Below are positions 36,950-47,021 of a DNA stretch of 64,000 nucleotides, in pieces. A program made the position numbers and the translations under genes. The stretch covers positions 1 through 64,000 of IMG/VR virus record IMGVR_UViG_3300043395_004689, one strand, 5' to 3'. The notes below the pieces were generated by a model. That model was not told the origin of the DNA. It made no database searches and saw only the letters and a program-made list of their open reading frames with translations. The stretch is from a virus. Numbering within the stretch: position 1 is the stretch's first letter; each line of letters opens with the position of its first letter.

Positions 36950-36960
36950 TAAATAGCAGT

Positions 36961-37587
36961 ATGATTAAAGATCTACTACAGTCTAGATTTACTGCTAAAT
37001 GGTGGAACGAGCAAGCAGTTGAACCAGAAAAACTTTCACAGTTACTGGATACAGTATACCTAGCACCCAGTAAAAATGGCAGGTATACTTTTACCTTGTA
37101 TGTGCTTGCTGATAGCTCAGCCGCATTAGAGTTCAAGCAATGGCTGTATTGGGAAAACACCTGGTGCTTGGATACTGTTAGAGGCAAGCCTGGGCCTGGC
37201 TTAAAGAGATTTAATGGTCAGGTCATTGCACCGGTGGTCCTACTGTGGGTAGGACATGATCAAAGCAGAGAAACTCGTGACGATATCATGGTAAGTGCTA
37301 CAGTGGCAATGTGTGCCGCACAAGAACTTGGACTGCAAACAGGATTCAATGGCTGTCTGGGTGAAACAGAAATTACTGAAAAGCTTGGTATCGCCGACAA
37401 AAAAATTGTTGATGTCATGTCCTTGGGAATTGGATACGCCAGCATTGACCAAGAAACCAAAAGACCTGTGTATGATCAACAAGGTGTTGAAGTGGGTTTT
37501 GATTTGGCAAATGTAGATCCTGCAAACAGGAAAGTTCCTACGCGACAATCTCAACCCAGCAAGGATATCCTGATTAAATTGTTTTAA
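36961..37587 (+). CDS. Nitroreductase-family flavoprotein
   Basis: L.SRFTAKWW, LAPSKNG, A.ELGL.TGF.GC, LGIGY. Confidence 0.75.
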   Translation: MIKDLLQSRFTAKWWNEQAVEPEKLSQLLDTVYLAPSKNGRYTFTLYVLADSSAALEFKQWLYWENTWCLDTVRGKPGPGLKRFNGQVIAPVVLLWVGHDQSRETRDDIMVSATVAMCAAQELGLQTGFNGCLGETEITEKLGIADKKIVDVMSLGIGYASIDQETKRPVYDQQGVEVGFDLANVDPANRKVPTRQSQPSKDILIKLF

Positions 37588-38107
37588 TTAGTTCTCTTTT
37601 GAGAGAATATGTATCTGTGAAGCGTATGCTCTTATAAGCATATTCTGAAGCAATAAACGAATATATTTCTCTTGCATCTTTTCCTGGAGTAGTTGAATCA
37701 TAACAAAGATCAATAACAACCCAACAGTTCTTTGTTAGAGAACTGAGCCAATGGTAGTTGTATTGAAGTGTTTCATTTAAAATGCAACCAGTTGCATTGC
37801 CCCCAATAATGTAAACAGAGTCATTGGGTGTAATCAGAGAAGCAAGATGCTCTTGATTTGCGGCGATTATAAAGTTGCCATCATCGATCCACCGGTTGAC
37901 CAATCTTTCTTGATAGTATTCTGCATCCTTTTGGCTATCCCAGTTGTGTGCCCAAATTACTTTTAAATTTTTAAGCAACCCAGAAAATCCAAGCTCTCTA
38001 AAAAACAAGAGGTGAGCCTTGGTCATTTCTTTAAGTGCATCTTTTTCGATGCCATCGATATTCCATTGGGTTCCGGTGTTTTGGTCAATGATAACAAAAA
38101 AAATCAT
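37574..38107 (-). CDS. Hypothetical protein, possibly isochorismatase/cysteine-hydrolase fold
   Basis: FVIID at N-terminus and IIGGNATGCI; tentative. Confidence 0.4.
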   Translation of the reverse strand: MIFFVIIDQNTGTQWNIDGIEKDALKEMTKAHLLFFRELGFSGLLKNLKVIWAHNWDSQKDAEYYQERLVNRWIDDGNFIIAANQEHLASLITPNDSVYIIGGNATGCILNETLQYNYHWLSSLTKNCWVVIDLCYDSTTPGKDAREIYSFIASEYAYKSIRFTDTYSLKRELIKTI

Positions 38108-38249
38108 AGTCAAATATTTATTAAAACCCAGTTAAATTACCAGAGCCAACCAATTAAAGCCCAGGTTAACTTGGGCCTTAAACATTGTACTTAATGAAAA
38201 TCGCCTCTAGCGGTGCCGCTAGAAGGTATTCCTTGGACGCTGATATTCC

Positions 38250-38278
38250 TTGACCAGTAATAAGTAAACTGCTATAAT
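38250..38278 (+). promoter_or_regulatory. sigma70-type promoter (leaderless transcript likely)
   Basis: TTGACC-17nt-TATAAT, ATG 6 nt later. Confidence 0.75.
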
Positions 38279-38284
38279 AGTAAG

Positions 38285-38803
38285 ATGAAGGTAATCAATG
38301 TCGTAGCAGGCCCAGGAGCCGGAAAAAGCACACTAGCGTCAGGCATGTATCATGATGCCAAACGCCGAGGGTGGAATGTAGAACTGGTAACAGAAGTTGC
38401 CAAAGATCTGGTCTGGGAGGGCAGGCATTGTGCGCTGGAAAATCAAGCCTATGTTTTTGGGAGGCAGGTACAAAGAATACACAGGCTTGCAGGACAAGTT
38501 GACTATGTGATTACAGACAGTCCTGTACTATTGAGTGCTATCTATGCTCCAAGCGACTATCCTGAGGAATGGGAGCAGGTAGTGGTAAAACTTTGGAAAC
38601 GCAACGAGAATTATGTTGCATTTCTAGATCGCGGCCCGTGGTTCGATGATCGCGGCCGTGTGCATAACCTTGAGAAGAGTCTTGAGGTCGATCAGAAGAT
38701 CGCGGTGCTATTGGACAAGCATGATATAACCTACACTCGGGTAGATCATGGATACCATAGCCCAGGTGAAGTCTTAGACCAAGTATTAGGGTCAAAGGCC
38801 TAA
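38285..38803 (+). CDS. NadR/AAA_28-like P-loop ATPase/kinase
   Basis: AGPGAGKST, ITDSP. Confidence 0.8.
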   Translation: MKVINVVAGPGAGKSTLASGMYHDAKRRGWNVELVTEVAKDLVWEGRHCALENQAYVFGRQVQRIHRLAGQVDYVITDSPVLLSAIYAPSDYPEEWEQVVVKLWKRNENYVAFLDRGPWFDDRGRVHNLEKSLEVDQKIAVLLDKHDITYTRVDHGYHSPGEVLDQVLGSKA

Positions 38804-38831
38804 CTGGAGGTGATCTCTATGAAAGGAGGAG

Positions 38832-39515
38832 TTGCACATGACCCCAACAGCCAATATGGGCATGTCTATAAAACGACTAGAAACTATTCTAGTTAGGATT
38901 ATTTTAGGTATCACAATATTAGCAGTATTTGGTTTCTCGCAGGCAACAGCCGGTGGCGGAACTAGACTACAACCTGGTATGGTACCTTTTACTGACTGGC
39001 TTGGTGAGCAAGTACATCGTTATGAAAATGAGTCTTGGGAAGATAGACTCAAGCGACTAATGACTGCTAACCTAACCAGCATCGGCGGAACATCTGCGGC
39101 GCTGAAAGACCGTCAGCTTCAGTGTTTGGCCAAAAACATTTATTATGAAAGCAGAGGCGAAAGCCTACAAGGACAAGTGGCTGTGGCCAAGGTTACACTA
39201 ACTCGTCTTGACGAAGGCTATGCTAGAACAGTTTGTGGCGTTGTACAACAGCGATCACCTGCCGGTTGCCAATTTGAATGGGTCTGCAAAGAATCTTTGC
39301 CCAGACCCGCAGGTGAGGTATGGCAGCAGGCCGTTGCTATTTCGGCTCTGTTACTACATGCACCGAGAGGAACTGTTGAAGATCCGACTAACGGTGCCAC
39401 CCATTTCCACGCTACATACATTAACTGGAGACCAAGTTGGACCAGAGACAAGGACTCTGTGCAACGAATTGGTAACCATGTTTTTTATAGAGTAAAACCA
39501 AGAGAGGAAAAATGA
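38832..39515 (+). CDS. Cell wall hydrolase (SleB/Hydrolase_2); start uncertain
   Basis: CLAKNIYYESRGE, CQFEW, GATHFHA, IGNHVFY. Confidence 0.9.
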   Translation: MHMTPTANMGMSIKRLETILVRIILGITILAVFGFSQATAGGGTRLQPGMVPFTDWLGEQVHRYENESWEDRLKRLMTANLTSIGGTSAALKDRQLQCLAKNIYYESRGESLQGQVAVAKVTLTRLDEGYARTVCGVVQQRSPAGCQFEWVCKESLPRPAGEVWQQAVAISALLLHAPRGTVEDPTNGATHFHATYINWRPSWTRDKDSVQRIGNHVFYRVKPREEK

Positions 39516-39856
39516 GACGATTGTATCCGGCAAGATTGTTAGAAGTACGCGGCACTGACATGCTTGATGTAGAACTAGATCTTGGCTTCAATGTCTATAC
39601 CAGACAAAAGATTCGTTTGTTTGGTGTAGCCAGTGCTGGTAAGGACAGCGATGTACGCATTGTTCTTACTGAACTGTGCAAAGATGGTTTTCTTGTAGAA
39701 CCAATCATCACCAAACGGGCCAAACTAGGTCGTGTATTAGGATGGGCTTATATCGCCAACGAAACCGGCGACCCTACCTTAAATATCAATGAAGCCTTGG
39801 TAGAGCAAGGATTAGCAACCAGCTTCCAGGCCCCCGAAGAGGATGATGACGAGTAA
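39512..39856 (+). CDS. SNase-fold protein with degenerate active site
   Basis: DLGF..IRLFGV..K.GRVLG..N..LV..GLA; DGDT replaced by GTDM. Confidence 0.65.
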   Translation: MRRLYPARLLEVRGTDMLDVELDLGFNVYTRQKIRLFGVASAGKDSDVRIVLTELCKDGFLVEPIITKRAKLGRVLGWAYIANETGDPTLNINEALVEQGLATSFQAPEEDDDE

Positions 39857-40615
39857 ATGTATGAGCCCGGTCTAACTGCTAGAAAAGTAGCCACTTTCGA
39901 TACTGCAATATTTGATCAGTATCGAAAGTGGGAATCAGCATGGGATTGGGATCCGCCCAATGATGCAAATAGATATCTGCGAAGCGTTCCACCGGGTCGG
40001 CGACCAGATTATACCTACATGATATATCTCCCGGTCAACGAAGCTCGTTGCCGTGCCTTTTACAACGATATGAAAAAGTATCCACCAGAGATTTATCAAA
40101 TGTGGGAAAATATATTAAAGCCTGCCTGTGAATTCTTAGCCAGTTTGACTGGCCAAGACGACCCTGTTATTGTACAAGCAGATATTGCCAGGATGAAACC
40201 ATTGAATGGTGATACCCTGCTTCACACAGATACTCGATATAATCAACGCTACGCAAGACGCTATAACATAGCAATTAGTACTAATAATAACTGCTGGTTA
40301 TATCACCACGGATATGATTTAAATACAGGTGGCGTGAGAGATCATATCCACGAAGGAGAGATGTGGGAGTTGAATAATAAAATCCCACATGCCGCTGTAA
40401 ACCAAGGAGACACTTGGCGCACACACTTAATTCTGGATATTATGCCAAGGAACTATTGGAATCGCATGTGCGAGTTGTACGATCCATACGGCAAGGTACC
40501 AAATCCTCAGGGAAAGAATTACACCTATGATCTTGATTTAGACGGCAAGCTAATTCACGAACCGCTGTTCACAGACTTGCCACATTGCTTTAAAGCAAGG
40601 ACCAACGCGATATGA
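39857..40615 (+). CDS. Asp/Asn beta-hydroxylase-like Fe(II)/2OG oxygenase
   Basis: LHTD; GEMWELNN..HAAVN.G..RTHLILD. Confidence 0.8.
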   Translation: MYEPGLTARKVATFDTAIFDQYRKWESAWDWDPPNDANRYLRSVPPGRRPDYTYMIYLPVNEARCRAFYNDMKKYPPEIYQMWENILKPACEFLASLTGQDDPVIVQADIARMKPLNGDTLLHTDTRYNQRYARRYNIAISTNNNCWLYHHGYDLNTGGVRDHIHEGEMWELNNKIPHAAVNQGDTWRTHLILDIMPRNYWNRMCELYDPYGKVPNPQGKNYTYDLDLDGKLIHEPLFTDLPHCFKARTNAI

Positions 40616-41850
40616 ATACAAAAATAACTTTTTCAGATAAACTAGTTGCATGGTTTGCCCTACTAAGCGGTCTCAGTATCAGTGCTGTAGCTGTGTGGTA
40701 CAGCGTGGCTGGTTTGGTAGCAATCTTTGCAGCCAGCGTTATTCCCATTATTGTCATGGGAGTGGTACTAGAAGTTGGCAAGCTGGTTGCTACCATATGG
40801 CTCAAACACAACTGGAGTATTGCTCCTAGGCTAATCAAGCTTTATTTGTTTGTGGCTGTGGTAATCTTAATGTTTATTACCAGCATGGGTATCTTTGGTT
40901 ATCTATCTAAAGCGCACCTAGATCAAGCAGTACCTACTGGCAATGTTGTGGCTCAAGTTGAAATCATTGATCAAAAAATTCAAACGCAAAATGATCTTAT
41001 AACATCTGCTCGTACTGTGCTTAGACAAATGGACGAAACAGTAAACCAAAGTCTAGGTCGCGGTGCTTCTACACTACCACCCAATGCTACACCTGCACAA
41101 ATACAGGCTGCACAAGCGGCTGCTGAGCGTAACACAAATGCGGCAGCTACTCTGAGAAGAAATCAACAACGAGAGCGCGATGCCCAGCAAGCCATTATCA
41201 ACAAGGCAACTGCTGAAATTCAAAAGCTTCGCGAAGAACGAGCACCACTGGCAGCAGAAATTCGCAAGGTAGAAGCCGAAGTAGGTCCTATCAAATACAT
41301 TGCTGCTCTAATCTACGATACCAAGCCTGACGCAGATCTATTAGAAAAAGCGGTGCGCTGGGTTATTGTATTAATTGTTATGATCTTTGACCCGTTGGCC
41401 GTTGTGCTGTTGCTGGCCAGCCAATACAGCTTTGGTTGGTTTAGACGCCAAAGAGAATTGGCCGCAGAGACAGCACCAGCGGTTCCTGTGGCAGTTGTAG
41501 AACCTGCGCCAGTGAACAATGAAGTAGGCGAAGTGACCACCGAAAGCTTGCCAGAACCTTCAACTGTGTTGGCAACTTATCCTCGCACCGAGGAAGAAAT
41601 AAAAGAATTCAGCGATGCCAAAGCAGAAGCCAAAGCAGTTGTCTTAGCAGACAGTATGCCTGCGCCAGCGCCAGCAGTAGTTGAAGCGCCGCCCGGTACT
41701 CCTGGCGAAGTATGGGATGCACCTGCAAAATCTGAACAACCCGGCGACACTGATCTTGATAAAATATATAAGGCAAGCTCAGAGGAACTCGCTAAGAAAA
41801 AAAGAAGTCGCGGCTGGTTCAACGTTCAATTTCCTAAACGCGACAATTAA
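40612..41850 (+). CDS. Membrane protein with long coiled coil
   Basis: Three N-terminal TMs, LEVGKLV, ITSMGIFGYLSKAH, EVGPIKYIA, FDPLAV. Confidence 0.75.
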   Translation: MNTKITFSDKLVAWFALLSGLSISAVAVWYSVAGLVAIFAASVIPIIVMGVVLEVGKLVATIWLKHNWSIAPRLIKLYLFVAVVILMFITSMGIFGYLSKAHLDQAVPTGNVVAQVEIIDQKIQTQNDLITSARTVLRQMDETVNQSLGRGASTLPPNATPAQIQAAQAAAERNTNAAATLRRNQQRERDAQQAIINKATAEIQKLREERAPLAAEIRKVEAEVGPIKYIAALIYDTKPDADLLEKAVRWVIVLIVMIFDPLAVVLLLASQYSFGWFRRQRELAAETAPAVPVAVVEPAPVNNEVGEVTTESLPEPSTVLATYPRTEEEIKEFSDAKAEAKAVVLADSMPAPAPAVVEAPPGTPGEVWDAPAKSEQPGDTDLDKIYKASSEELAKKKRSRGWFNVQFPKRDN

Positions 41851-41870
41851 TAACATAACAAGGTTTTAAA

Positions 41871-42290
41871 TTGGCAGATTCAAGTGTTTATATTGTGAGC
41901 CCTCCTACGCTATACATGCCAGCAGCCGGGCTCACTTTTTGTCTGATCAGCAGCGACAAAAGATGGCAAGAAAATATTGTAGGCCTGCTGGAAAAAGGAA
42001 TACAGAACCAGCTTTGCTTTTTTACCAACGAAGATGGCGTTAAAGATCCTAAGGTCTGGGTTTGGTATTGGCATGTGGCTCCAAATTGTGCAATGGTACT
42101 TGTTGATGTGGCCAGCTGCTCCGAGCACGAAATAAGAATGACCTTGGGCATGTGTAAAGAAGGTCTTCCTGTGATATATCATGTTAAGCCAGGCAACCAA
42201 GAATTTGTAGCTTTGCTCAAAGCTATAGATGTTCCGCATTGGGAGACTGATGAAGATTTTATAGCAATAATGGAATCAATGAATGGATAA
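41871..42290 (+). CDS. Hypothetical protein (TTG start)
   Basis: AAGG RBS; overlaps clpX start. Confidence 0.7.
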   Translation: MADSSVYIVSPPTLYMPAAGLTFCLISSDKRWQENIVGLLEKGIQNQLCFFTNEDGVKDPKVWVWYWHVAPNCAMVLVDVASCSEHEIRMTLGMCKEGLPVIYHVKPGNQEFVALLKAIDVPHWETDEDFIAIMESMNG

Positions 42291-43509
42291 AAATCAATCA
42301 TTGAATTGCAGTTTTTGCTCCAAGCACAGAGACGAAGTCAAGGCGTTGATTGCTGGCGAACGGGCCTATATTTGCAACGAGTGTATCAGCCTGTGCTTGG
42401 AAGCATTGGCGTCGGACAGCGATCAAGAAAAAAACAAGATAGCAGACTTGTCTACTCCAAGAGAAATTAAAAATTATCTAGATAGGTATGTTGTTGGGCA
42501 AGAATTAGCTAAACGCAGTCTTAGTGTAGCAGTACGCAACCATTATAAAAGATTAGGTCAAGGCGAAAGCAATCTTATTAAGAAAAGCAATGTACTCTTA
42601 GTTGGCCCTACTGGCAGCGGAAAAACATTGTTAGCGCGAAAACTTGCTGAAAAACTAAATGTCCCCTTTGCCATTGGCGATGCAACTACACTCACTGAAA
42701 GCGGTTATGTTGGTGATGATGTTGAAAGCGTAATACATCGCTTGGTACAAGCGGCAGGCGGTGATATCAAAAAGGCTGAAACAGGAATTGTTTATATTGA
42801 CGAAATTGATAAAAAGAGTCGCAAAAGTGAAAGCACCAGCATTACCAGAGATGTCAGTGGCGAAGGTGTTCAGCAGGCTCTACTAAAACTTATTGAAGGC
42901 ACTGAGTGTCGTGTTCCTGTCAATGGCGGGCGTAAGCATCCTGGGCACGAAGCCAATATTGTAAACACCAAAAACATCTTGTTTATTCTAGGTGGTGCTT
43001 TTGTTGGCCTTGAGGAACAGGTTAAGAAGCGTACTCGCACCGGCAGTGGCATAGGGTTTGGCGCAGCCCTAGACAACAAGAATGAGAATGTAAATCATTG
43101 GCTATCTAGCGTTGAGCCCGAAGATTTTGTTAAGTTTGGCATGATTCCAGAGTTTATGGGTCGTGTTCCTGTTATTGCTTCGTTAGAAGAACTAAGTGTT
43201 GAAGACCTTGTCAGGGTTATGACAGAGCCCGATGACAGCATTGAACGAGAATATCAGGCTATTTTTAGTCTCGACGGGGTTGAGTTAGAGTTTAATGATG
43301 AAGCTAGAATTGCCATTGCTAAACTAAGTATAGCAAAGAAAACAGGCGCTCGAGGATTGAGAAATATCATTGAGAATCTGCTGTTAGAACTTCAATTTAG
43401 TTTACCCGAGCTGGCCAAAGAAGGTTTAAGCAAGGTGATAATCACTGATAAAAGTGTTGAAGACCACTTACCAGTGTTAGTATATAAAAGTAGAGAAGAA
43501 GTAGCATAA
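42283..43509 (+). CDS. clpX: Clp protease ATP-binding subunit ClpX
   Basis: CSFC..CNEC zinc domain, [20 protein letters not shown] and IGF loops, GARGLR. Confidence 0.97.
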   Translation: MDKNQSLNCSFCSKHRDEVKALIAGERAYICNECISLCLEALASDSDQEKNKIADLSTPREIKNYLDRYVVGQELAKRSLSVAVRNHYKRLGQGESNLIKKSNVLLVGPTGSGKTLLARKLAEKLNVPFAIGDATTLTESGYVGDDVESVIHRLVQAAGGDIKKAETGIVYIDEIDKKSRKSESTSITRDVSGEGVQQALLKLIEGTECRVPVNGGRKHPGHEANIVNTKNILFILGGAFVGLEEQVKKRTRTGSGIGFGAALDNKNENVNHWLSSVEPEDFVKFGMIPEFMGRVPVIASLEELSVEDLVRVMTEPDDSIEREYQAIFSLDGVELEFNDEARIAIAKLSIAKKTGARGLRNIIENLLLELQFSLPELAKEGLSKVIITDKSVEDHLPVLVYKSREEVA

Positions 43510-43515
43510 AATAAA

Positions 43516-43755
43516 ATGACGACTGTGACAGTTAAAGACGGCCAATTTGAAAAGGCCCTACGCAAGTTTAAAAAGAAAGTTCAAGAAAGTGGAATTCTTG
43601 ACGAGCTTAGAGAACGCGAGCACTATACCAAGCCCACTACCAAGCGCAGAATGGCCAAAAATAAGGCAGTTCGTCGCCATCAGCGTGAAGTAGAGCAAGA
43701 GGAGTTGGAGGGGCTTAGACCGCCCCGTGAGGGCCGTCTTAAACGGTTATACTGA
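43516..43755 (+). CDS. rpsU: 30S ribosomal protein bS21
   Basis: FEKALRKFKKKV..G...ELR.REHY.KPTT.R. Confidence 0.92.
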   Translation: MTTVTVKDGQFEKALRKFKKKVQESGILDELREREHYTKPTTKRRMAKNKAVRRHQREVEQEELEGLRPPREGRLKRLY

Positions 43756-43758
43756 TTG

Positions 43759-43787
43759 TTGACACTTTGATCAATAATAAATACAAT
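43759..43787 (+). promoter_or_regulatory. sigma70-type promoter with overlapping TAAATA box
   Basis: TTGACA-17nt-TACAAT. Confidence 0.75.
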
Positions 43788-43793
43788 TGCAAA

Positions 43794-43886
43794 TGCAGTC
43801 AGTGCCTTGAGGGCTGATTGCAATGCAATAACAAGGCCCAAGAGGGATTGTTAATTAAAACTCGCTTTATTAAGGAGAATAAAATG
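43794..43886 (+). promoter_or_regulatory. ROSE-like RNA thermometer (5' UTR of sHsp)
   Basis: Three hairpins; the last has TCGCT (U(U/C)GCU) opposite the AAGGAG SD. Confidence 0.7.
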
Positions 43887-44312
43887 ACCAAGCTAGTACC
43901 CTTTCCATCGTACTCTCAAATGAGTATCGGTTTTGACCGCATGTTCCAAGAGTTAGACAGGCTAACTCAGGTTGCTGGAAATGCCGGTGGTGGATATCCC
44001 CCTTTTAACATTGAACGCATTAGCGAAACTTCGCATCGCATTATCATGGCAGTTGCAGGTTTCTCTGAGTCAGAGATTGATATCACACTCAGCGAAAATG
44101 TACTGTCTATCAAGGGCGAAAAATCAGAAGAGACCAATTCTAATCTAGTGTATCGCGGCATTGCCAAGCGCAATTTCCGTAGAGAATTTGTTTTAGCTGA
44201 TCATGTTGAAGTTAAAAATGCTGCCCTTAAGGATGGCATGTTAACCGTGGAACTCGAGCAGTTAGTGCCTGAGGAAAAGCGTCCAAAGAAAATTCCTTTA
44301 ATTAAGGAATAA
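43884..44312 (+). CDS. Small heat-shock protein (IbpA/Hsp20)
   Basis: IGFDRMF, YPPFNI, AVAGF, RGIA.RNF.R.F.LA, A.L.DGML, IPL tail; start revised from 43818. Confidence 0.95.
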   Translation: MTKLVPFPSYSQMSIGFDRMFQELDRLTQVAGNAGGGYPPFNIERISETSHRIIMAVAGFSESEIDITLSENVLSIKGEKSEETNSNLVYRGIAKRNFRREFVLADHVEVKNAALKDGMLTVELEQLVPEEKRPKKIPLIKE

Positions 44313-44322
44313 TTCAACCTGG

Positions 44323-44349
44323 CCTAGGTGGGTATATTGCCCACCTAGG
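44323..44349 (+). terminator. Hairpin between sHsp and clpS (terminator or stabiliser)
   Basis: CCTAGGTGGG-TATATTG-CCCACCTAGG; no clear T-run. Confidence 0.5.
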
Positions 44350-44380
44350 TAAATAACATTAGCAAACGGAAACACAAACA

Positions 44381-44692
44381 ATGACAGATACTGCAACCGC
44401 TACTGTAAGAAAGACAGAAAACACCACAGGCATTAAAGAGCCTGAAAAGTTTCGCGTTGTCATTTTAAATGATAATTCAACACCGATGGAATTTGTCATT
44501 GAATTGCTTAAGGTTATATTTCATCATACACAAGAAGCTGCTGTACAAATTATGATGCAAGTTCATAATAACGGCAAGGGTACCGCAGGGATTTATACCT
44601 TTGAAGTAGCTGAGCAAAAGGCCATGGAATCAACGCAAATTGCTCGAACCAATGGTCACCCATTGGGAGTCAGCGTTGAGCTTGCCGGCTGA
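44381..44692 (+). CDS. clpS: Clp protease adaptor ClpS
   Basis: VVILNDNSTPMEFV..M.QVHNNG..AG.YTFEVAE..HPL. Confidence 0.93.
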   Translation: MTDTATATVRKTENTTGIKEPEKFRVVILNDNSTPMEFVIELLKVIFHHTQEAAVQIMMQVHNNGKGTAGIYTFEVAEQKAMESTQIARTNGHPLGVSVELAG

Positions 44693-45275
44693 TATTGAAC
44701 GCAAACTAATTATCGACATAGATGATACCTGTGTCGATACCTTAACAGGCTTTGTTAAGTGGTTGGCCAGCCTTAACCGGCTGAAAAATGTAAATGGTAA
44801 TATCATCACCCATAGAGAACATCTAGGGTCGTGGCTCAATGTTCCAGATGAGTTGGCTGAGATTTGGACCAAAGAATTCTGCGAGCAGTCATGGGAATGG
44901 GGCGCACTATGGCCTTGCCTTGGTGCAGAAAAAGTATTGCCTCAAATCAAACAGCACGGCTGGCATGTAATAGGTTACAGCAAGAGTTCAGGAGACATGC
45001 ATCGTGCTACACTACGCCGAGCTAACCTTGAACTGTTGTTTCCAGGAGTGTTCAACGAACTTTATGTAATCAATCGAGCCGCTAATTTTAATGCAGTAAT
45101 CAAGGAAAACACCAATTCTGTTTGCGTTACTGCATTGGAATCTACTGCATTGGCCAGTGCTGAGGCAGGTCATATTACCTATCTGCTTAACCAACCTTGG
45201 AACAAAGACTTTTCTAATATCTCAGTGAGAAAATTCAACAACTGGTTGGAAATTGCAGATGTTATGTTGAATTAG
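44640..45275 (+). CDS. HAD-family 5'(3')-deoxyribonucleotidase-like protein; true start probably near 44682
   Basis: IIDIDDT (DxD motif I); QPWN..R..NW.EI C-terminus. Confidence 0.65.
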   Translation: MLEPMVTHWESALSLPADIERKLIIDIDDTCVDTLTGFVKWLASLNRLKNVNGNIITHREHLGSWLNVPDELAEIWTKEFCEQSWEWGALWPCLGAEKVLPQIKQHGWHVIGYSKSSGDMHRATLRRANLELLFPGVFNELYVINRAANFNAVIKENTNSVCVTALESTALASAEAGHITYLLNQPWNKDFSNISVRKFNNWLEIADVMLN

Positions 45276-45282
45276 TAAGTGT

Positions 45283-46050
45283 ATGGATCTAAGATTCCTT
45301 TCTCACATAAGTCCTACTGCATGGCCACACATCAGCGCAGTAGATGAACAATGGACACCGGTTCCTTGGTTGCCATTGGCTGTACCCAAAATAGAACCAG
45401 ATAACTGGGACCTGTTTTGGAAGCTGTGGAATGAAAAACAAGGTGATATCACTCGAGGTCTTAACGAAACACAATTCTGGCGAGGACTATGTTGCTGGCT
45501 AAACCCCAAAATTGATCACACCAAATTCAACTACAGCAACACAGTGGTCGACGACTGGAGTCAGCATTTTCCAAAGATGTTTGAACAGATTAAGTCTTGC
45601 TTGCCATTTACCTTTTTAGAAAAAGTAGTGCTGTGGAGTAACATCAATGAAGTAACTCCACACTTTGATCCAGATGCACAGGTTTCGCCATGGCCGGACA
45701 GTCTTAGAATAATGATCTGGGACTCAAACGACAGGCCTACTTTTTACATGTGTCGCTGGCCCGATCGCAATGAAAATTTTAATCCTCCAATAATTACACA
45801 GCGCAACAAAGGCTCATATGGTGTCAGCGCATCACGCATACCTCAAAATAAACGCATGTATGTGAATTTGCCCCCAGACACAAATTCTTTTGTATTCAAC
45901 AACGGTGCATTCCTACACGGCGCTGACTTGGCCAAACCCAAGATCATCATGGCAGTCAAAGGTCGCTGTGACAAAGATGCTTGGCTTAAACAGCTAGAAC
46001 TCAGTAGAGAAAAGTACAAGGATTACATACCCAATGCCAGTGACTATTGA
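45283..46050 (+). CDS. Putative Fe(II)/2OG-type oxygenase-like protein
   Basis: TPHFD; FVFNNG.FLHGAD. Confidence 0.55.
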   Translation: MDLRFLSHISPTAWPHISAVDEQWTPVPWLPLAVPKIEPDNWDLFWKLWNEKQGDITRGLNETQFWRGLCCWLNPKIDHTKFNYSNTVVDDWSQHFPKMFEQIKSCLPFTFLEKVVLWSNINEVTPHFDPDAQVSPWPDSLRIMIWDSNDRPTFYMCRWPDRNENFNPPIITQRNKGSYGVSASRIPQNKRMYVNLPPDTNSFVFNNGAFLHGADLAKPKIIMAVKGRCDKDAWLKQLELSREKYKDYIPNASDY

Positions 46051-46930
46051 TAGAAGCGAACTGCCAGAGCACTATACAATCGCTCATAGTCTTGACAAGC
46101 TGGTGGCATTTAGGCAACATGGCATTGTTGCCAAACACACAGATCCTTTGCTAAAACTTTCAATCCAAGATCTAAATCTGGAATTGTTAATCAAAGACAC
46201 CATTGCTTCAATGGAGCAGTTTGGGTCGTGGAATTACAGACTTGGCATGAAAGAAAATTCTGTATTGCATGATGCAGGCTATGGCGGCATTGGGTTAACA
46301 TATAATCCTACGCATCACGAACTTGAAAACTCAAATATACACGAACAGGTTCAAGGAAATCCTAGACCAGCCCAGGGAATGAAAAATCCATTTAGTTCTC
46401 TAACTGCTGATAAAACTCGTCAGTATGCCACTAGAAACTCACACTACGATACCTATGGATTGTCATATCGCACACCGGCTAGCCGCTATGCCTATCTAGG
46501 AACTTTTTTAGATCGCTGTCAGCGAACCATGGTGCGATCAGCGGTGAGAATTATATATGCTGAAAATGAAGGTCCAGTAGGTGAGGATCGTTATGCTGGT
46601 GTGACATGGCACCGTGATGAACCAATGTTTGAAAACCTTAGAGTCAATATCCCCTTGGTTACGGATCCTATCTTTGTCTTAGAGCAGCAAGGACATGCTC
46701 CTGTTCATTTAGAAGCTGGTTATGCTTACTCATGGGATACCAATATACTGCACAGGGCTTATGCTACCAAAAAGGAACCCAAGCACAGAATACATCTAAT
46801 GCTGGGTTTTAGCTGTTGGTGGGATTTTGACGAAAACACAGGTACATGGACACAGAATGAATTTTTTGGCAAAATGCATCCAAAAGACATGCTGGCCGAC
46901 GGACTTGTAATAAAAGGTGTGTCGTTATAA
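46034..46930 (+). CDS. Fe(II)/2OG oxygenase-like protein
   Basis: WHRDE..RVNIPL..WDT..LHR..RIHLMLG. Confidence 0.7.
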   Translation: MPVTIDRSELPEHYTIAHSLDKLVAFRQHGIVAKHTDPLLKLSIQDLNLELLIKDTIASMEQFGSWNYRLGMKENSVLHDAGYGGIGLTYNPTHHELENSNIHEQVQGNPRPAQGMKNPFSSLTADKTRQYATRNSHYDTYGLSYRTPASRYAYLGTFLDRCQRTMVRSAVRIIYAENEGPVGEDRYAGVTWHRDEPMFENLRVNIPLVTDPIFVLEQQGHAPVHLEAGYAYSWDTNILHRAYATKKEPKHRIHLMLGFSCWWDFDENTGTWTQNEFFGKMHPKDMLADGLVIKGVSL

Positions 46931-47021
46931 CGGTACTTTTTGTGTCTGAGTTGGTAGTTTAATCAAACTCTCTAAGCAATAAATAGTAGTACTCAGGAGA
47001 GGAATATCGAGGGCCCATAAT

